64,000 nucleotides of DNA from assembly GCA_043780835.1 (NCBI GenBank), contig JAYWCB010000010.1, forward strand, positions 66,845 to 130,844, in the 5' to 3' direction. Shown piece by piece: positions 8,206 through 18,465 of this stretch (position 1 is its first letter; each line of letters begins with the position of its first letter). Source of the stretch: Minisyncoccota bacterium. Its GTDB lineage: Bacteria; Patescibacteriota; Minisyncoccia; Phycocordibacterales; UBA2100. The notes below the pieces were generated by a model. The model did no database searches and was not told where the DNA came from. It worked only from the letters and a program-made list of their open reading frames with translations. The translations under genes were made by a program, and so were the position numbers.

Positions 8206-9437
8206 CGGGTCGGATGCACGGTCGTGTTCATCTGAGAAACCGTGCCGGAAACGCTGGTACAGGTGAGCGCAATCTCGGTGTCTGTGGTGATTGCAGGAAT
8301 AGTGAGTGCTCCGCTTTGCGGCACGGGGTTTTCAAATCGGGCCGATAGTTCGGTATTGCCGGGAGAAGATAAGTCGCATTGATCCATGCCACGAGTCACC
8401 CACGCGAGGGACGCATTCATATTCACCGCTTGCGAGCTCAAGAGCATAAATGGTTTCATAACCGCAACCGAGCACGAAGCGCTTGCTGAACGTCGTCCGT
8501 CAGAACACGTGAGTGCATATTCCATAGTTCCATTCGGAAGGTTCTCCGCAATACGATCCTCGGTCGCCCCCCAAAGCAATCCACCGGTTGAGAATCCACC
8601 GCCCGCACTCGATACAGAATTCGTACATCCAAATGCAATCCCTACTTTCATTCCTGATTGTGCGATTTTCGGTTGACAGGAAATTTGTGCAACCGGACCG
8701 TTTTCGTTTCGTGATACGTGAACAGTATTGAGATCGCGGCCGATAGCGCGAATAGCATCTGCATCAAAATTGTTTTCTGCGGCGGCATTTGCCGTCTGAT
8801 CGATAATTAAAGCAACCGCTGCTCTGCCGCTCTCTGACAAATGATCGGCAAGCGCGATGTGTCCGCTGCTACCCGTCGCCTGGGCATCTGTCTCTCCCCT
8901 ATCGGTGAGCAATTGTGCCGCGATGATATTTGCCGCTTGCGCAGACTGCGACGCGTTTTGAATAGTGCTCTGGAGACACGATGCGCCGTTCGCAGGATCA
9001 CATGTGCCAATCACGAAACATGTTCCGGATTCCGTAATATACGAAGTTGGCGGACAGTATCGTACGGCACACTTACCCTCTATACCCCGCATGCACTCAG
9101 GCCGATCGCTATCGGGACCGGCAACCATTGCGGCACGATTGTGCGGGTCGGGAACAAAACATTTGAGTGCGTGAACTGAACCGGAGCCAGTACCCATATC
9201 CACCGTATACACTTGTCCGCTCGTGCACGTGTCGTTTGAATGCGTAAATGCTGACGCCGCTGACGCCGATTGCGCACCGGCGTTTTGCGATGCAATTTTG
9301 TATCCAGAAATGAAGAGCACAAAGATCGCTACAAAAACCAGCGCGGCGAGCACCGATGTACCGGACTGGGGCCTTCTCATGTATATATCATCGCGTCGAT
9401 GACGCCGCGGCGCAATGCACACACGGGGATACCTCAC
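8202..9437 (-). CDS. Secreted/anchored Cys-rich surface protein with C-terminal W-x-T-x-G-M-D-x-C Ig-like module
   Basis: N-terminal hydrophobic anchor, Cys-rich body, and C-terminal ASLAWVTRGMDQCDLSSPG...IALTCTSVSG module shared with three other proteins in the window. Confidence 0.5.
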   Translation of the reverse strand: MRYPRVCIAPRRHRRDDIYMRRPQSGTSVLAALVFVAIFVLFISGYKIASQNAGAQSASAASAFTHSNDTCTSGQVYTVDMGTGSGSVHALKCFVPDPHNRAAMVAGPDSDRPECMRGIEGKCAVRYCPPTSYITESGTCFVIGTCDPANGASCLQSTIQNASQSAQAANIIAAQLLTDRGETDAQATGSSGHIALADHLSESGRAAVALIIDQTANAAAENNFDADAIRAIGRDLNTVHVSRNENGPVAQISCQPKIAQSGMKVGIAFGCTNSVSSAGGGFSTGGLLWGATEDRIAENLPNGTMEYALTCSDGRRSASASCSVAVMKPFMLLSSQAVNMNASLAWVTRGMDQCDLSSPGNTELSARFENPVPQSGALTIPAITTDTEIALTCTSVSGTVSQMNTTVHPTR

Positions 9438-9494
9438 ACGTGAAAATCAGTACCGCTGGATTTCGTGTCGACTCTACGCTAGACTCCTCTCGAA

Positions 9495-9566
9495 GCTCCC
9501 GTCGTTCAACGGATAGGATTCATCCTTGCGGAGGATGTGATGTAGGTTCGATTCCTGCCGGGAGCA
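9495..9566 (+). tRNA. tRNA-Arg (anticodon GCG as read by eye)
   Basis: GCUCCCGUCGUUCAACGGAUAGGAUUCAUCCUUGCGGAGGAUGUGAUGUAGGUUCGAUUCCUGCCGGGAGCA. Perfect 7-bp acceptor stem, anticodon stem CAUCC/GGAUG, loop UUGCGGA, T-loop UUCGAUU. Confidence 0.6.
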
Positions 9567-9751
9567 CAATGCACAAAGGCCTGCGCAAGCAGGTCTTTGT
9601 GATTGATGCGACCGAGCATAGCGTCTGCGCGCTATGCGTGCAGGAATCGAACGCCGGAACGATGCGAGGTCAACAGACCGAGCAGTGAGGCGGTGCCCAG
9701 ACAAACTTTTGCGACGGCAAAAGTTTAGTCGAGGGAGATTCCGGCGTAGCC

Positions 9752-12700
9752 TTATTGCGCAAAATTAAAGCTTTGTGTAGACGGATTATCCAAAAATTTC
9801 GGCTCCGGCAAACTCGAGTCTTTGAATTCCCCGAGCGAAGCATTCGGCGGCGTGTAGAGGGACGCCATAATTTGATACGTACGCCCGGATATAAGATCCG
9901 ATCCGCACACCACGGATGACGACGAATTGCACGCATCGTCTGCATGCGGAATGTTCCAGGTAAACGTCCCGGCCTTGGCACGATGTCCCGAAATCAATGC
10001 AACGGTTCGTTTGTCGTCGACGCTATACAACCACAGCGCAACTGCCGAGACGTCGGGCGCACTCGGGAAATTCCAACGAATCGTCGCACTCGAGCCGAGC
10101 GCCACATTGGTGCGATTTTCTATTGAACTTGAAACAGTGCCGGGAGTCACCGCATCGACGGTGATCTTTTCTTGCCGAGTGGAGCCCGTAACGGTTTTGC
10201 AATTGAGGTAAAAATCCGTCTTTTGAGTGATGGCAGAACTCGTGGCGATGCCCGATGGCTTCTTGTTTGATGCGTTACGATCCGTGAAATCCGCCTGATC
10301 AGGACTTGAGATGACACACGAATCCATTCCCGTCGTAACCCATCCGATCAGAGTCGTGTCCCCTACGCGCGGTTTTTCGGGAATGGCGCGGAGCACAACG
10401 GAAATTTTGGCGATCTGCACGGTGCACTGCGCTGCCGCAGAAAGATTACCGTTTTCACACTTGAGCGCAAAGTTTGCAGCGTTTGCGTTTTCAGGCGGCG
10501 CGATGATCGTTGTCGTTGCCCCAGATGTGAATCCGCCTGTCACAAAGCCGTACCCCGTGCTTGAGGATGCATTTCCGCAGGTGTAAGAAATTATCGCCTG
10601 CGCGCCGCTTTCAACAACTCCAGGCTCACACGCAAGTTGGGCCGTTGGGGTGACGCTCGTGCTCACCACGCACTGCCACACAGGACAGACGGTGCCGCTG
10701 ACTAGCGTGCTCGTCATTTGTCGCCATGTGCCGTTGGTGCATGTGCTTGCATCGGGTTGTACGGAAAGCTGCGGGCACTGACCTGTCGTTCCCGTTCCGG
10801 AATTCGTGCACGGCTGTGGTGCTTGCGGCGCAATAGCGTACGACGTGACCCCGTAGAGCGCGCTTTGTTGCTGTTGATAATTATATTGCTGCAACTGGTA
10901 GTTGTACTGCTGCAGTTGTGAATTATATTGCTGTTGGTACTGAGAATATGCTTGTGAATCTGTTGGACATTTTTGTGCCGTTTGTGACGAGGCGCTACCG
11001 GACGAAGTTCCCCCACTCAAGCCTTTCATGAGTCCTCCCAAAAATGACGTGAGTCCGCTCAAGCCACTCCCTGAACCTCTGGAGCTTCCACCTCCACCGC
11101 CATTACCCCCGCCATTTGTGTTCGGTGCTTGATACCCCGGACAACCAGCTCTGGTAGCAGGACAATCTGAAGGATTTTCTTTTCTCGCTGGAGCATCTGC
11201 AGGCCGTTCGCGTGGTAATGGCGCAGCTTTCTCGCAGTATGCGGTTCCAGCTTCATACACACTGCATTTGTATCCTTTTTCTTCAAGTGCTTTTCGATCT
11301 TCGTCGGTTTTCGGTGACGCCGTGCACCGCGCGGGATCGGTAGTGCAATCAGGTTGATTCCGCAACGAGCTATCCTCGCTCTTATACATGTCGTCGTTCC
11401 CGCTATTATTTTTAACGGAGCCGCCGGTAGTTTTACCGGTTTCATCGACGCTCGCAGCTTTCGACAGATCTTTTCCCTCCGTCACCGGCTCAAGACCAGC
11501 CGCCCTAATCTGCTCATTAGTTGGCGGCTCGATACCCAACTTTTCTACAATCCAGTCCCCTCCAGCTTTAACCTTCGCATCAACCCAATTGTATGAATTT
11601 GCAAGGTTACTTTTTACGTTCTCCCATGAGTTCACTGGCTTATAGCCGGTGTCGGCTTCGCGCTGCTGATCGTACGGAACTTTATCGACCGGGAAATCTA
11701 CTTCGCCGGGACCTTGTGTACCTTTTCCAAAAGTACTTGTTTGAGTAAGCGCATTCGGATCGTTTGTCGGATTTTTAGGATCATCTCCCTTCGGCTCTTT
11801 TATCGTTCCGTTTAAATAATCGTTTGACGCGGCACCGGGGCTCATGGTTTTAATTTCTCCACCATTCAAAATAGCTCCCACATTCGACTTTGTATCGGTA
11901 GGATTGCCATGAAAGTTCATATCTGACTCCCCCTTGCCCATTCGCTCAAGCGCCTGCGATACCGTTTCGCCCTCTTTGAGATTCGCGATATTACCGGTGT
12001 TGTTATCAACAACTCGAGTTTCTCCGTTGAGAACCTCAACTTTTACTCCGTCTTTCAGCTCGTATGATTTGGCTCCGCTCTTCGCATCAGTCGTGCCGCC
12101 TGCTGGCGTTGTGCCATTCGTTGCCGACAGAATCGCATTCGGTTTCGTCGCGTTTGGCACTGGATTATCTCCTCCTCCACCCGGTGAGGGAAGCTGCGGC
12201 ATACTAGCAGACGTCGGTTGCGGAACGCCACCTGACTGAGGCGTTACCGACTGCCCTGCCCCGAATTGCTTCGGTGTCTCTGAACAATTACTTCCCGCCG
12301 TGGTGTTGTACGGATTTTTTATCGATGAGCAGACCGTGACTTTGCACTGGCCTTTCTGGACAGATTTATCCGGCTTCGTTTTACCGACCGTACTTTCGGT
12401 AGTAATGGTGACCGTGCCGCTTCTTCCCACACAATCATAGTCTTCCGTTTTCTGACTTGGTTGTTTTCCTGCTTTTACGATCGCACCAAAACACGCATCC
12501 ACGGTTCCGCTCTGCCCTTTATCAGTACTGGTGACTTCCGGACCTTCAGCTTTACCGAGCGCTGCCTGAATTGCTTTCGTGCAGTTTTCCGGTGCGGGAC
12601 TATCGTACTTAGTTGTACTTGGCGGCGCGTTATCGTCCGCGGTAATAGCAGCAGCCTGTGCCACCATCGCTCGCTGTTGAACAGACTCACCCGCGATTGA

Positions 12701-12862
12701 GTTCGTTTGATAAGAAGCATACGTACCACTCGTTGAGTTTTGTGGACCAACCAATTGGAACGATCCGGCCATCACGCCGGCAACAATGAGGAGCGAGAAT
12801 GCCATCAGTGGAGATACCCGCCGCTGGGCAGTCAGAAAATTCGCGATGTCCTCGCGGCGCAT
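9752..12862 (-). CDS. Giant (1036 aa) secreted low-complexity surface protein; Q/Y/N-rich and Gly-rich tracts, repeated Ig-like modules
   Basis: N-terminal TM/signal. Contains QYQQQYNSQLQQYNYQLQQYNYQQQQ and GGGNGGGGGSSRGSGSG tracts. Carries the shared module TTLIGWVTTGMDSCVISSPD...FYLNCKTVTG and a second W-N-x-P variant. Confidence 0.6.
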   Translation of the reverse strand: MRREDIANFLTAQRRVSPLMAFSLLIVAGVMAGSFQLVGPQNSTSGTYASYQTNSIAGESVQQRAMVAQAAAITADDNAPPSTTKYDSPAPENCTKAIQAALGKAEGPEVTSTDKGQSGTVDACFGAIVKAGKQPSQKTEDYDCVGRSGTVTITTESTVGKTKPDKSVQKGQCKVTVCSSIKNPYNTTAGSNCSETPKQFGAGQSVTPQSGGVPQPTSASMPQLPSPGGGGDNPVPNATKPNAILSATNGTTPAGGTTDAKSGAKSYELKDGVKVEVLNGETRVVDNNTGNIANLKEGETVSQALERMGKGESDMNFHGNPTDTKSNVGAILNGGEIKTMSPGAASNDYLNGTIKEPKGDDPKNPTNDPNALTQTSTFGKGTQGPGEVDFPVDKVPYDQQREADTGYKPVNSWENVKSNLANSYNWVDAKVKAGGDWIVEKLGIEPPTNEQIRAAGLEPVTEGKDLSKAASVDETGKTTGGSVKNNSGNDDMYKSEDSSLRNQPDCTTDPARCTASPKTDEDRKALEEKGYKCSVYEAGTAYCEKAAPLPRERPADAPARKENPSDCPATRAGCPGYQAPNTNGGGNGGGGGSSRGSGSGLSGLTSFLGGLMKGLSGGTSSGSASSQTAQKCPTDSQAYSQYQQQYNSQLQQYNYQLQQYNYQQQQSALYGVTSYAIAPQAPQPCTNSGTGTTGQCPQLSVQPDASTCTNGTWRQMTSTLVSGTVCPVWQCVVSTSVTPTAQLACEPGVVESGAQAIISYTCGNASSSTGYGFVTGGFTSGATTTIIAPPENANAANFALKCENGNLSAAAQCTVQIAKISVVLRAIPEKPRVGDTTLIGWVTTGMDSCVISSPDQADFTDRNASNKKPSGIATSSAITQKTDFYLNCKTVTGSTRQEKITVDAVTPGTVSSSIENRTNVALGSSATIRWNFPSAPDVSAVALWLYSVDDKRTVALISGHRAKAGTFTWNIPHADDACNSSSSVVCGSDLISGRTYQIMASLYTPPNASLGEFKDSSLPEPKFLDNPSTQSFNFAQ

Positions 12863-12917
12863 AACGCAATGATGCGCCCTGGAGGGCGCATCAACAATCT
12901 CTTATGCGTGGATAAGC

Positions 12918-13184
12918 CTACTTCAGGGCGACGCTTACCTGTTTTGCGAGACGCGATTTCATCCGCGACGCGGTGTTTTTCTTGATGGTGCCGTTCTTTG
13001 CAGCCTTATCGATTGCCTTGTACAAAGCCGGGAGGGACTTTTCGGCATCCTTGCCTTTCTTTGCAGAAACGAATTTAGTTACCGTTTTAACGGAATCTTT
13101 CATAGTCTTCTTGCGGCGCGCGTTAAACACGTAGCGTCGTTCGGAAACTCGTTCTGCCTTCTTTGCGGATGACGTATTTGCCAT
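12918..13184 (-). CDS. rpsT: 30S ribosomal protein S20
   Basis: MANTSSAKKAERVSERRYVFNARRKKTMKD...KAAKNGTIKKNTASRMKSRLAK. Start taken at the internal Met (the ORF track extends upstream). Confidence 0.75.
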   Translation of the reverse strand: MANTSSAKKAERVSERRYVFNARRKKTMKDSVKTVTKFVSAKKGKDAEKSLPALYKAIDKAAKNGTIKKNTASRMKSRLAKQVSVALK

Positions 13185-13414
13185 TCCCGCGATACTACGC
13201 AAAAAAGCGCTCAAATGCAAGCCCGGTAGGACAATTTGCCGTCGCTCAATGAGCGACACGGTTACATCATCACTGTATTCGAAATCTCACCGCGGTGAAC
13301 CGTTTGGGTAATCAGCTCTCGCGAGCATCATAACGACAAATTGTACTGACCGGGCAAGCGTACAGCCGAGGCTCACGGCTCGGCGAAGGCCAAAGCGCAC
13401 GCTATGATGGATAT

Positions 13415-13984
13415 ATGATCGGCTCCATTTCAGGCGAGGTAACGGTATTACGTGCGACGTTTGCAATCATCGCAGCCGGCGGCGTAGGATATAAAGTAGC
13501 AGCAACCCGCTCAACCCTCGCCACACTTACCATAGGAACCACAGCAACGCTCTGGACTCGTCTCATCGTGCGCGAAGACGTGCTTGATCTCTACGGATTT
13601 GAATCCGAAGAAGAGATGCGGTTTTTTGACATGCTGCTCTCGGTCTCGGGCATCGGCCCAAAGTCCGCACTCGCGGTCTTGGACATCGCATCCATCGAAA
13701 CACTCCGCAGTGCGATTTCGAGCGGCAACGCCGCGTATCTTACAAATGTGTCGGGCATCGGCAGAAAGACGGCAGAAAAAATAGTTATCGAATTGCGCGA
13801 TAAAGTGGGCAAATCGGCCGACGCAACAGACGCATCGCTTCGCGGCGACGAAGACGCACTCGAAGCGATGCGGGCACTTGGGTACTCACCGGCAGAAGCG
13901 CGCGACGCCTTACGCAAAGTGCCGACTTCGATTCAGAGCGGAACGGAGCGCTTGCGCGAAGCGCTCAAGATCATGGGTAAATAA
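13415..13984 (+). CDS. ruvA: Holliday junction branch migration protein RuvA
   Basis: MIGSISGEV... start and HhH motifs (LLSVSGIGPKSA, LTNVSGIGRKTAEKI). Confidence 0.9.
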   Translation: MIGSISGEVTVLRATFAIIAAGGVGYKVAATRSTLATLTIGTTATLWTRLIVREDVLDLYGFESEEEMRFFDMLLSVSGIGPKSALAVLDIASIETLRSAISSGNAAYLTNVSGIGRKTAEKIVIELRDKVGKSADATDASLRGDEDALEAMRALGYSPAEARDALRKVPTSIQSGTERLREALKIMGK

Positions 13985-13985
13985 T

Positions 13986-14816
13986 ATGACTTCAATCTAT
14001 TTATTTTTCAGTTTATTATGGACTGCCGTGTGGTGGTTTTTTTCCTGGTCGCACATTCCTTTGTATTCTGAATATTCCTTCTTCCCGCTCTGGCTTGGAT
14101 ACATAGCGGTTGTAAATGCACTATGTGAAGCGATCTACGGAGATTCTTTGTTTCGTCGAGCGGGGTGGCGGTTTCTGTGGCTCTTCGTTTTCTCGATACC
14201 GCTCTGGTGGGCTTTCGAATATATTAACTCCATAGTTCAAAACTGGCACTACGAGTATCGGCCAATTTCTGAATTACGATATTTTTTTCAATCGTCAATT
14301 GATTTCTCTACCGTTATCCCCGCCGTCCTCTCGGCCGCTTTTTTGTTCTACTTTTTTTTCAAAGACATGCGGTGGCGGTCAGACCAACGCACTCCATCAC
14401 CCGCGCTGCTTATTTTATCAATTGCGCTTGGCGCACTCTCGTTTGCCGTAATGCCTCTGTACCCCAACGAAGTTTTTCCACTCGTTTGGTTAGCTCCGCT
14501 CCTGATACTTGATCCGATCGCCTACGGGCTTGGCTTGCCATCAATATTTGGGTATATGACGAGCGGAGATTGGCGCGTACCTATCGCTACAGCGCTCGCA
14601 TCGCTCTGTACCGGTTTCTTCTGGGAGATGTGGAATTTCTGGTCGTACCCAAAATGGGTTTATACGATTCCCTATGTCGGTTTCTGGAAGATTTTTGAAA
14701 TGCCTATCCTGGGCTTTGGAGGCTACTTACCATTCGGACTCATAATTTTCGTGTACACCGTTCTGATCGCACGGATATTTTTTGCTCGACAGTGGCATGA
14801 TATTGGCTTCAATTAA
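13986..14816 (+). CDS. Polytopic membrane protein, unknown function (Trp/Phe-rich)
   Basis: ATG at 13986 immediately after the ruvA stop. About 8 hydrophobic segments. Confidence 0.4.
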   Translation: MTSIYLFFSLLWTAVWWFFSWSHIPLYSEYSFFPLWLGYIAVVNALCEAIYGDSLFRRAGWRFLWLFVFSIPLWWAFEYINSIVQNWHYEYRPISELRYFFQSSIDFSTVIPAVLSAAFLFYFFFKDMRWRSDQRTPSPALLILSIALGALSFAVMPLYPNEVFPLVWLAPLLILDPIAYGLGLPSIFGYMTSGDWRVPIATALASLCTGFFWEMWNFWSYPKWVYTIPYVGFWKIFEMPILGFGGYLPFGLIIFVYTVLIARIFFARQWHDIGFN

Positions 14817-16092
14817 AAGCATGGAAGCACTCAAAAAGATTCTTACGAGCTTAGGGCTGATGTCTGCGTACCACTTGGCACTCGCCTATTTCGGTGCATT
14901 TGTCTACGGATTTCCCTCTCAAAAAATGCTTGTGATCGGCGTGACCGGCACCAAGGGCAAATCAAGTACAACAGAAATGATCGCTGCAATTTTGGACGAA
15001 GCCGGGTATAAAACCGCGATGTTAAATTCTATTCGAATCAAGGTCGGCGAGGTGTCCGAAGCAAACACCATGCGCATGTCGATGCCGGGGCGAATGTATA
15101 TTCAGCGATTTCTTGCCCGCGCACTTTCCGCCGGCTGCAGCGCGGTGGTGCTTGAAATGACATCCGAAGGCGCTCGTCAGTATCGCCATCGCGGTATCGC
15201 GCTGAATGCGCTCGTGTTTACAAATCTCGCTCCCGAACACATTGAATCTCATGGTTCATACGAAGCATACGCCGACGCTAAGTTTTCGATCGGTCTCTCG
15301 CTCGCAAAATCCGCTAAACGCCCCCGCGTCATAATTGCAAATGCAGCCGATGCACAAGGCGTGCGCTATCTCACCCTTCCTGTGGAAATTGCTATCGGAT
15401 TTGCGCTCGATAATTTTGCGCCGTACGCATCAAATGACCGTGGCGGATATTTCACACTTGATCAGATCCGCATTGCCATGCAATTGCCTGGTGATTTTTC
15501 CTTGCAAAACGGACTCGCTGCCGCACTCGTCACCCGCACGTTCGGCGTTCCGCCTGCCACCATCGCGCTCGCGCTCGGTAAACTTTCCACCATCGCGGGG
15601 CGAGCTGAGCGTATCGAAGCGGGCCAGGACTACACCGTGATTGTGGATTATGCCCACACGCCGGACTCACTGGAAGCGCTCTACAGAGCATTCACCATCC
15701 CCTCGACGTCACTCGGGGTGAAGCGCAAATTGATCTGCGTGTTGGGCTCTACTGGCGGTGGTCGCGATACCTGGAAGCGCCCCGTCATGGGCGGTATCGC
15801 CGACACCTACTGCGATCACGTCATCCTCACCAATGAGGATCCGTACGACGAAAAACCAGAAGCGATTGTAACCGCGCTCGCACAGGACATGAAACGAAAA
15901 CCCGAGGTCATCATGGATAGACGCGCCGCAATTGCAAAAGCACTTTCACTCGCAAAAACCGGCGATGCAGTTTTAATCACCGGCAAAGGAACTGATCCGA
16001 ATATCGCCGGGCCGAACGGAACGTATCAACCATGGAGCGACGCCGTTGTTGCGCGCGAAGAAATCGTAAAACGCTCCTCATCGTCGGTATAA
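14782..16092 (+). CDS. Mur ligase family protein (MurE-like UDP-N-acetylmuramoyl-tripeptide synthetase)
   Basis: P-loop GVTGTKGKSSTTEMIAAIL, DYAHTPDSLEAL, and a C-terminal Mur ligase domain. Somewhat short for canonical MurE. Confidence 0.6.
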   Translation: MLDSGMILASIKSMEALKKILTSLGLMSAYHLALAYFGAFVYGFPSQKMLVIGVTGTKGKSSTTEMIAAILDEAGYKTAMLNSIRIKVGEVSEANTMRMSMPGRMYIQRFLARALSAGCSAVVLEMTSEGARQYRHRGIALNALVFTNLAPEHIESHGSYEAYADAKFSIGLSLAKSAKRPRVIIANAADAQGVRYLTLPVEIAIGFALDNFAPYASNDRGGYFTLDQIRIAMQLPGDFSLQNGLAAALVTRTFGVPPATIALALGKLSTIAGRAERIEAGQDYTVIVDYAHTPDSLEALYRAFTIPSTSLGVKRKLICVLGSTGGGRDTWKRPVMGGIADTYCDHVILTNEDPYDEKPEAIVTALAQDMKRKPEVIMDRRAAIAKALSLAKTGDAVLITGKGTDPNIAGPNGTYQPWSDAVVAREEIVKRSSSSV

Positions 16093-16099
16093 TGATTGC

Positions 16100-17065
16100 A
16101 TGGTACTCACCATATTGAAGTGGGTCGGTATTGCGATGGTGCTTTCGCTCATTGCGCTTTGGCTTTGGGAAGGCGGGTATTGGAAAATCGCAAAGTATGC
16201 CCAAATTATTCCGAACCCGCTGAATGCAACCTCAACTGATCCACTTTACCAATTGCCCGGACAACCGGATTTCTTCCAAGTGCCGGATACCACGTCCGGC
16301 TCGCAAGATATGGAATACGGATCATCCGACTATCAGAATCCCTCGGATGCGCTCACTGATCCTCGGCAATCTGACCCGCGCGCGCACGGTGAGCGATCTC
16401 CCTATGCAGATACGATTGATCTGCAAATCGGCGGAGCGCAAAATTCAAATCCCAACGATGAGTACGTCGTGATCCACATGTCCGACATCGCTCCGGTCGC
16501 GGTCGCGGTTTCGGGATGGACAATTCGCAGCGCGCTCTCGGGTGCGCGCGCTGTTGTACCGCTTGCTGCATCACCGTTTATGCAAGGAGTTGTGAATCGC
16601 GTGGACACCATCGTTCTTTCCGGCGGTGAGAGCGTCATATTGTCGAGCGGCACTTCACCGCTGGGAGTTTCCTTTCGCGAAACAACATGTACCGGTTATC
16701 TCGCACAAACACAGCGATTTTCACCCGCGCTTTCGAACGCATGTCCACGACCAACCGATCAAATGCCGCGCACGAGCGATATCGAGAGTCGCTTCGGAGC
16801 GTCATGCATTGATTTTGTAGAACGCCTCCCGCAGTGCAGTTATCCGACGATCATTCCAAACGATGTGACGCCCTCGTGCAGATCGTTTCTTGCAAACACA
16901 CTCACCTACAGCGGATGCATGCGCTCCTACGGCAGCGGACAAACAGAAAATTTAAATACGTGGCGCGTCTATGAATCATCAGCGAGTGAGCTGTGGAACA
17001 ATGAGCGCGACACGCTTATTTTGTACGATGCTGACGGTCGAGCGGTATCTACACTGAGCTACTGA
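16100..17065 (+). CDS. Secreted protein with lamin-tail-domain (LTD)-like segment
   Basis: N-terminal TM. NDEYVVIHMSDIAPVAVAVSGWTIRS resembles the LTD motif. Cys-rich C-terminus. Confidence 0.4.
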   Translation: MVLTILKWVGIAMVLSLIALWLWEGGYWKIAKYAQIIPNPLNATSTDPLYQLPGQPDFFQVPDTTSGSQDMEYGSSDYQNPSDALTDPRQSDPRAHGERSPYADTIDLQIGGAQNSNPNDEYVVIHMSDIAPVAVAVSGWTIRSALSGARAVVPLAASPFMQGVVNRVDTIVLSGGESVILSSGTSPLGVSFRETTCTGYLAQTQRFSPALSNACPRPTDQMPRTSDIESRFGASCIDFVERLPQCSYPTIIPNDVTPSCRSFLANTLTYSGCMRSYGSGQTENLNTWRVYESSASELWNNERDTLILYDADGRAVSTLSY

Positions 17066-17526
17066 ACCGCGGCAAACAAAATCACCCCCGCCGCAACAGA
17101 TACATTGAGCGATTCTTTTGATCCGAGCATCGGTATTTCGATGATGGTGTCGCACGCGTCGCAGAGTGATTTTGAAAGGCCGCGCACTTCATTCCCGAAC
17201 AGATACAGAGTTGCATCGGCTTCTTTAAATGAGCGGTACGGTAGGGCGCGCTCATCTTGTTCGACACCGACGATATGAACCCCTTCTTTTTTGAAGCGAC
17301 GAATTGTGGGAAGTGGTGTTTTTACATATGACCACGGGATCGTATGCTCGGCGCCAAGCGCTGTTTTTGCGATGTCTTTTTGTGGCCGGCCGAATCGATC
17401 CACCGGGAGGGGTGTATAGCCTGAAAGAATGATTTCGTGTACGCCGGCGCAATCGGCTGTGCGGAAAATGGACCCCACGTTATGAGCACTGCGGATATTA
17501 TGTAAAAGCACGGCGCGTTTTTGCAT
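17059..17526 (-). CDS. TrmH/SpoU-family RNA 2'-O-methyltransferase
   Basis: LHNIRSAHNVGSIFRTADCAGV...LFGNEVRGLS...IEIPMLGSKESLNVSVAAGVILF SpoU motifs. Start taken at MQKRAV. Confidence 0.7.
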   Translation of the reverse strand: MQKRAVLLHNIRSAHNVGSIFRTADCAGVHEIILSGYTPLPVDRFGRPQKDIAKTALGAEHTIPWSYVKTPLPTIRRFKKEGVHIVGVEQDERALPYRSFKEADATLYLFGNEVRGLSKSLCDACDTIIEIPMLGSKESLNVSVAAGVILFAAVQ

Positions 17527-17557
17527 AGGAAGACTGAGAGACTGTATACTACACGAC

Positions 17558-17902
17558 ATGCTTGCGCTGCTTCCCCAAGTCCTCTTTCTCGGTACGTTTG
17601 CCGCGTCCCTCATCCGTATCACCCTCGCGCTCATGTTTGCGTACTCCGCATGGGCCACTGTTTCGAAGCCGGATCTTGCAGTGCGCGGCTTCGCACTGCT
17701 AGAAATTGCGGTTGCAGCGGCACTCTTCGTGGGTGCGTGGACTCAAGCGGTCGCACTCGGTGCCGCGCTCATACTCGCGATTGAATGTGTGTTGCCGCAA
17801 TTCCGCACGTGGCCGCGCTCAACCGTCGCGCTCATGCTTGTAATGACACTCACACTTATTGTGACCGGGCCGGGCGCATTTGCGTTCGACTACCCGCTCT
17901 AA
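17558..17902 (+). CDS. Small membrane protein (DoxX-like, 3-4 TM)
   Basis: Entirely hydrophobic 114-aa ORF. Confidence 0.3.
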   Translation: MLALLPQVLFLGTFAASLIRITLALMFAYSAWATVSKPDLAVRGFALLEIAVAAALFVGAWTQAVALGAALILAIECVLPQFRTWPRSTVALMLVMTLTLIVTGPGAFAFDYPL

Positions 17903-17903
17903 T

Positions 17904-18272
17904 ATGGAGCCGCAGAAACCAATCGGAGGCGGATTGGCCGTTACACTGATTGCGTTTGCCGTTTTTATTGATGTGCTGCAGGCAATATTGACGTTTCTTT
18001 TGATCGGAATCGTTTTGAATCCTGCGATCGACATTCTCGCATCACTCGTGTTTTCGATGCTTCTTGCGTCGCACGGTGGCGGCTTGTTCAAGCGACGCGC
18101 CATTTCAATGATCTTTACCGCAATCGGAGAGTTTATTCCCGTCGTCAATGCGCTTCCTTTATGGACCGCGTTTGCGTTCTATACCGTTTTTATGGACCGC
18201 GCTCGCACTACAATAAAAAAACACTCATCGACTGAACAGATGCCTCGCGGCGGAGGCGGCTGGAGGTTGTAA
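17904..18272 (+). CDS. Small membrane protein, unknown
   Basis: Start MEPQKP; three hydrophobic helices. Confidence 0.3.
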   Translation: MEPQKPIGGGLAVTLIAFAVFIDVLQAILTFLLIGIVLNPAIDILASLVFSMLLASHGGGLFKRRAISMIFTAIGEFIPVVNALPLWTAFAFYTVFMDRARTTIKKHSSTEQMPRGGGGWRL

Positions 18273-18465
18273 TTTTTTGGTTACTATCCCGCGTGCTCGC
18301 GGGCCCCACGCAAAACCTTTCGAATCCTGACGTTCGCTTCGCGAACTCTGGTCACAGCATTATTGTGGTCAGGGATATTTTTCTCGTCGCCACTCGAAAA
18401 ATTCCACGACCCTGGCTCGCGGTCCCGCATGCTTGCGGGACATCGCTCCGCCTCGCACATGTAAA

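Noticed and set aside
11059-11645. Several 80-130-aa ORFs on both strands inside 9752..12862
   Set aside because: They are embedded in or antisense to the giant surface-protein gene, and are composition artefacts of the low-complexity region.
12866-12888. Perfect 10-bp hairpin gatgcgccct-gga-gggcgcatc as a terminator for rpsT
   Set aside because: No adjacent U-run on the rpsT (minus) strand. It may instead be a 5'-UTR structure of the giant surface-protein gene; left uncalled.
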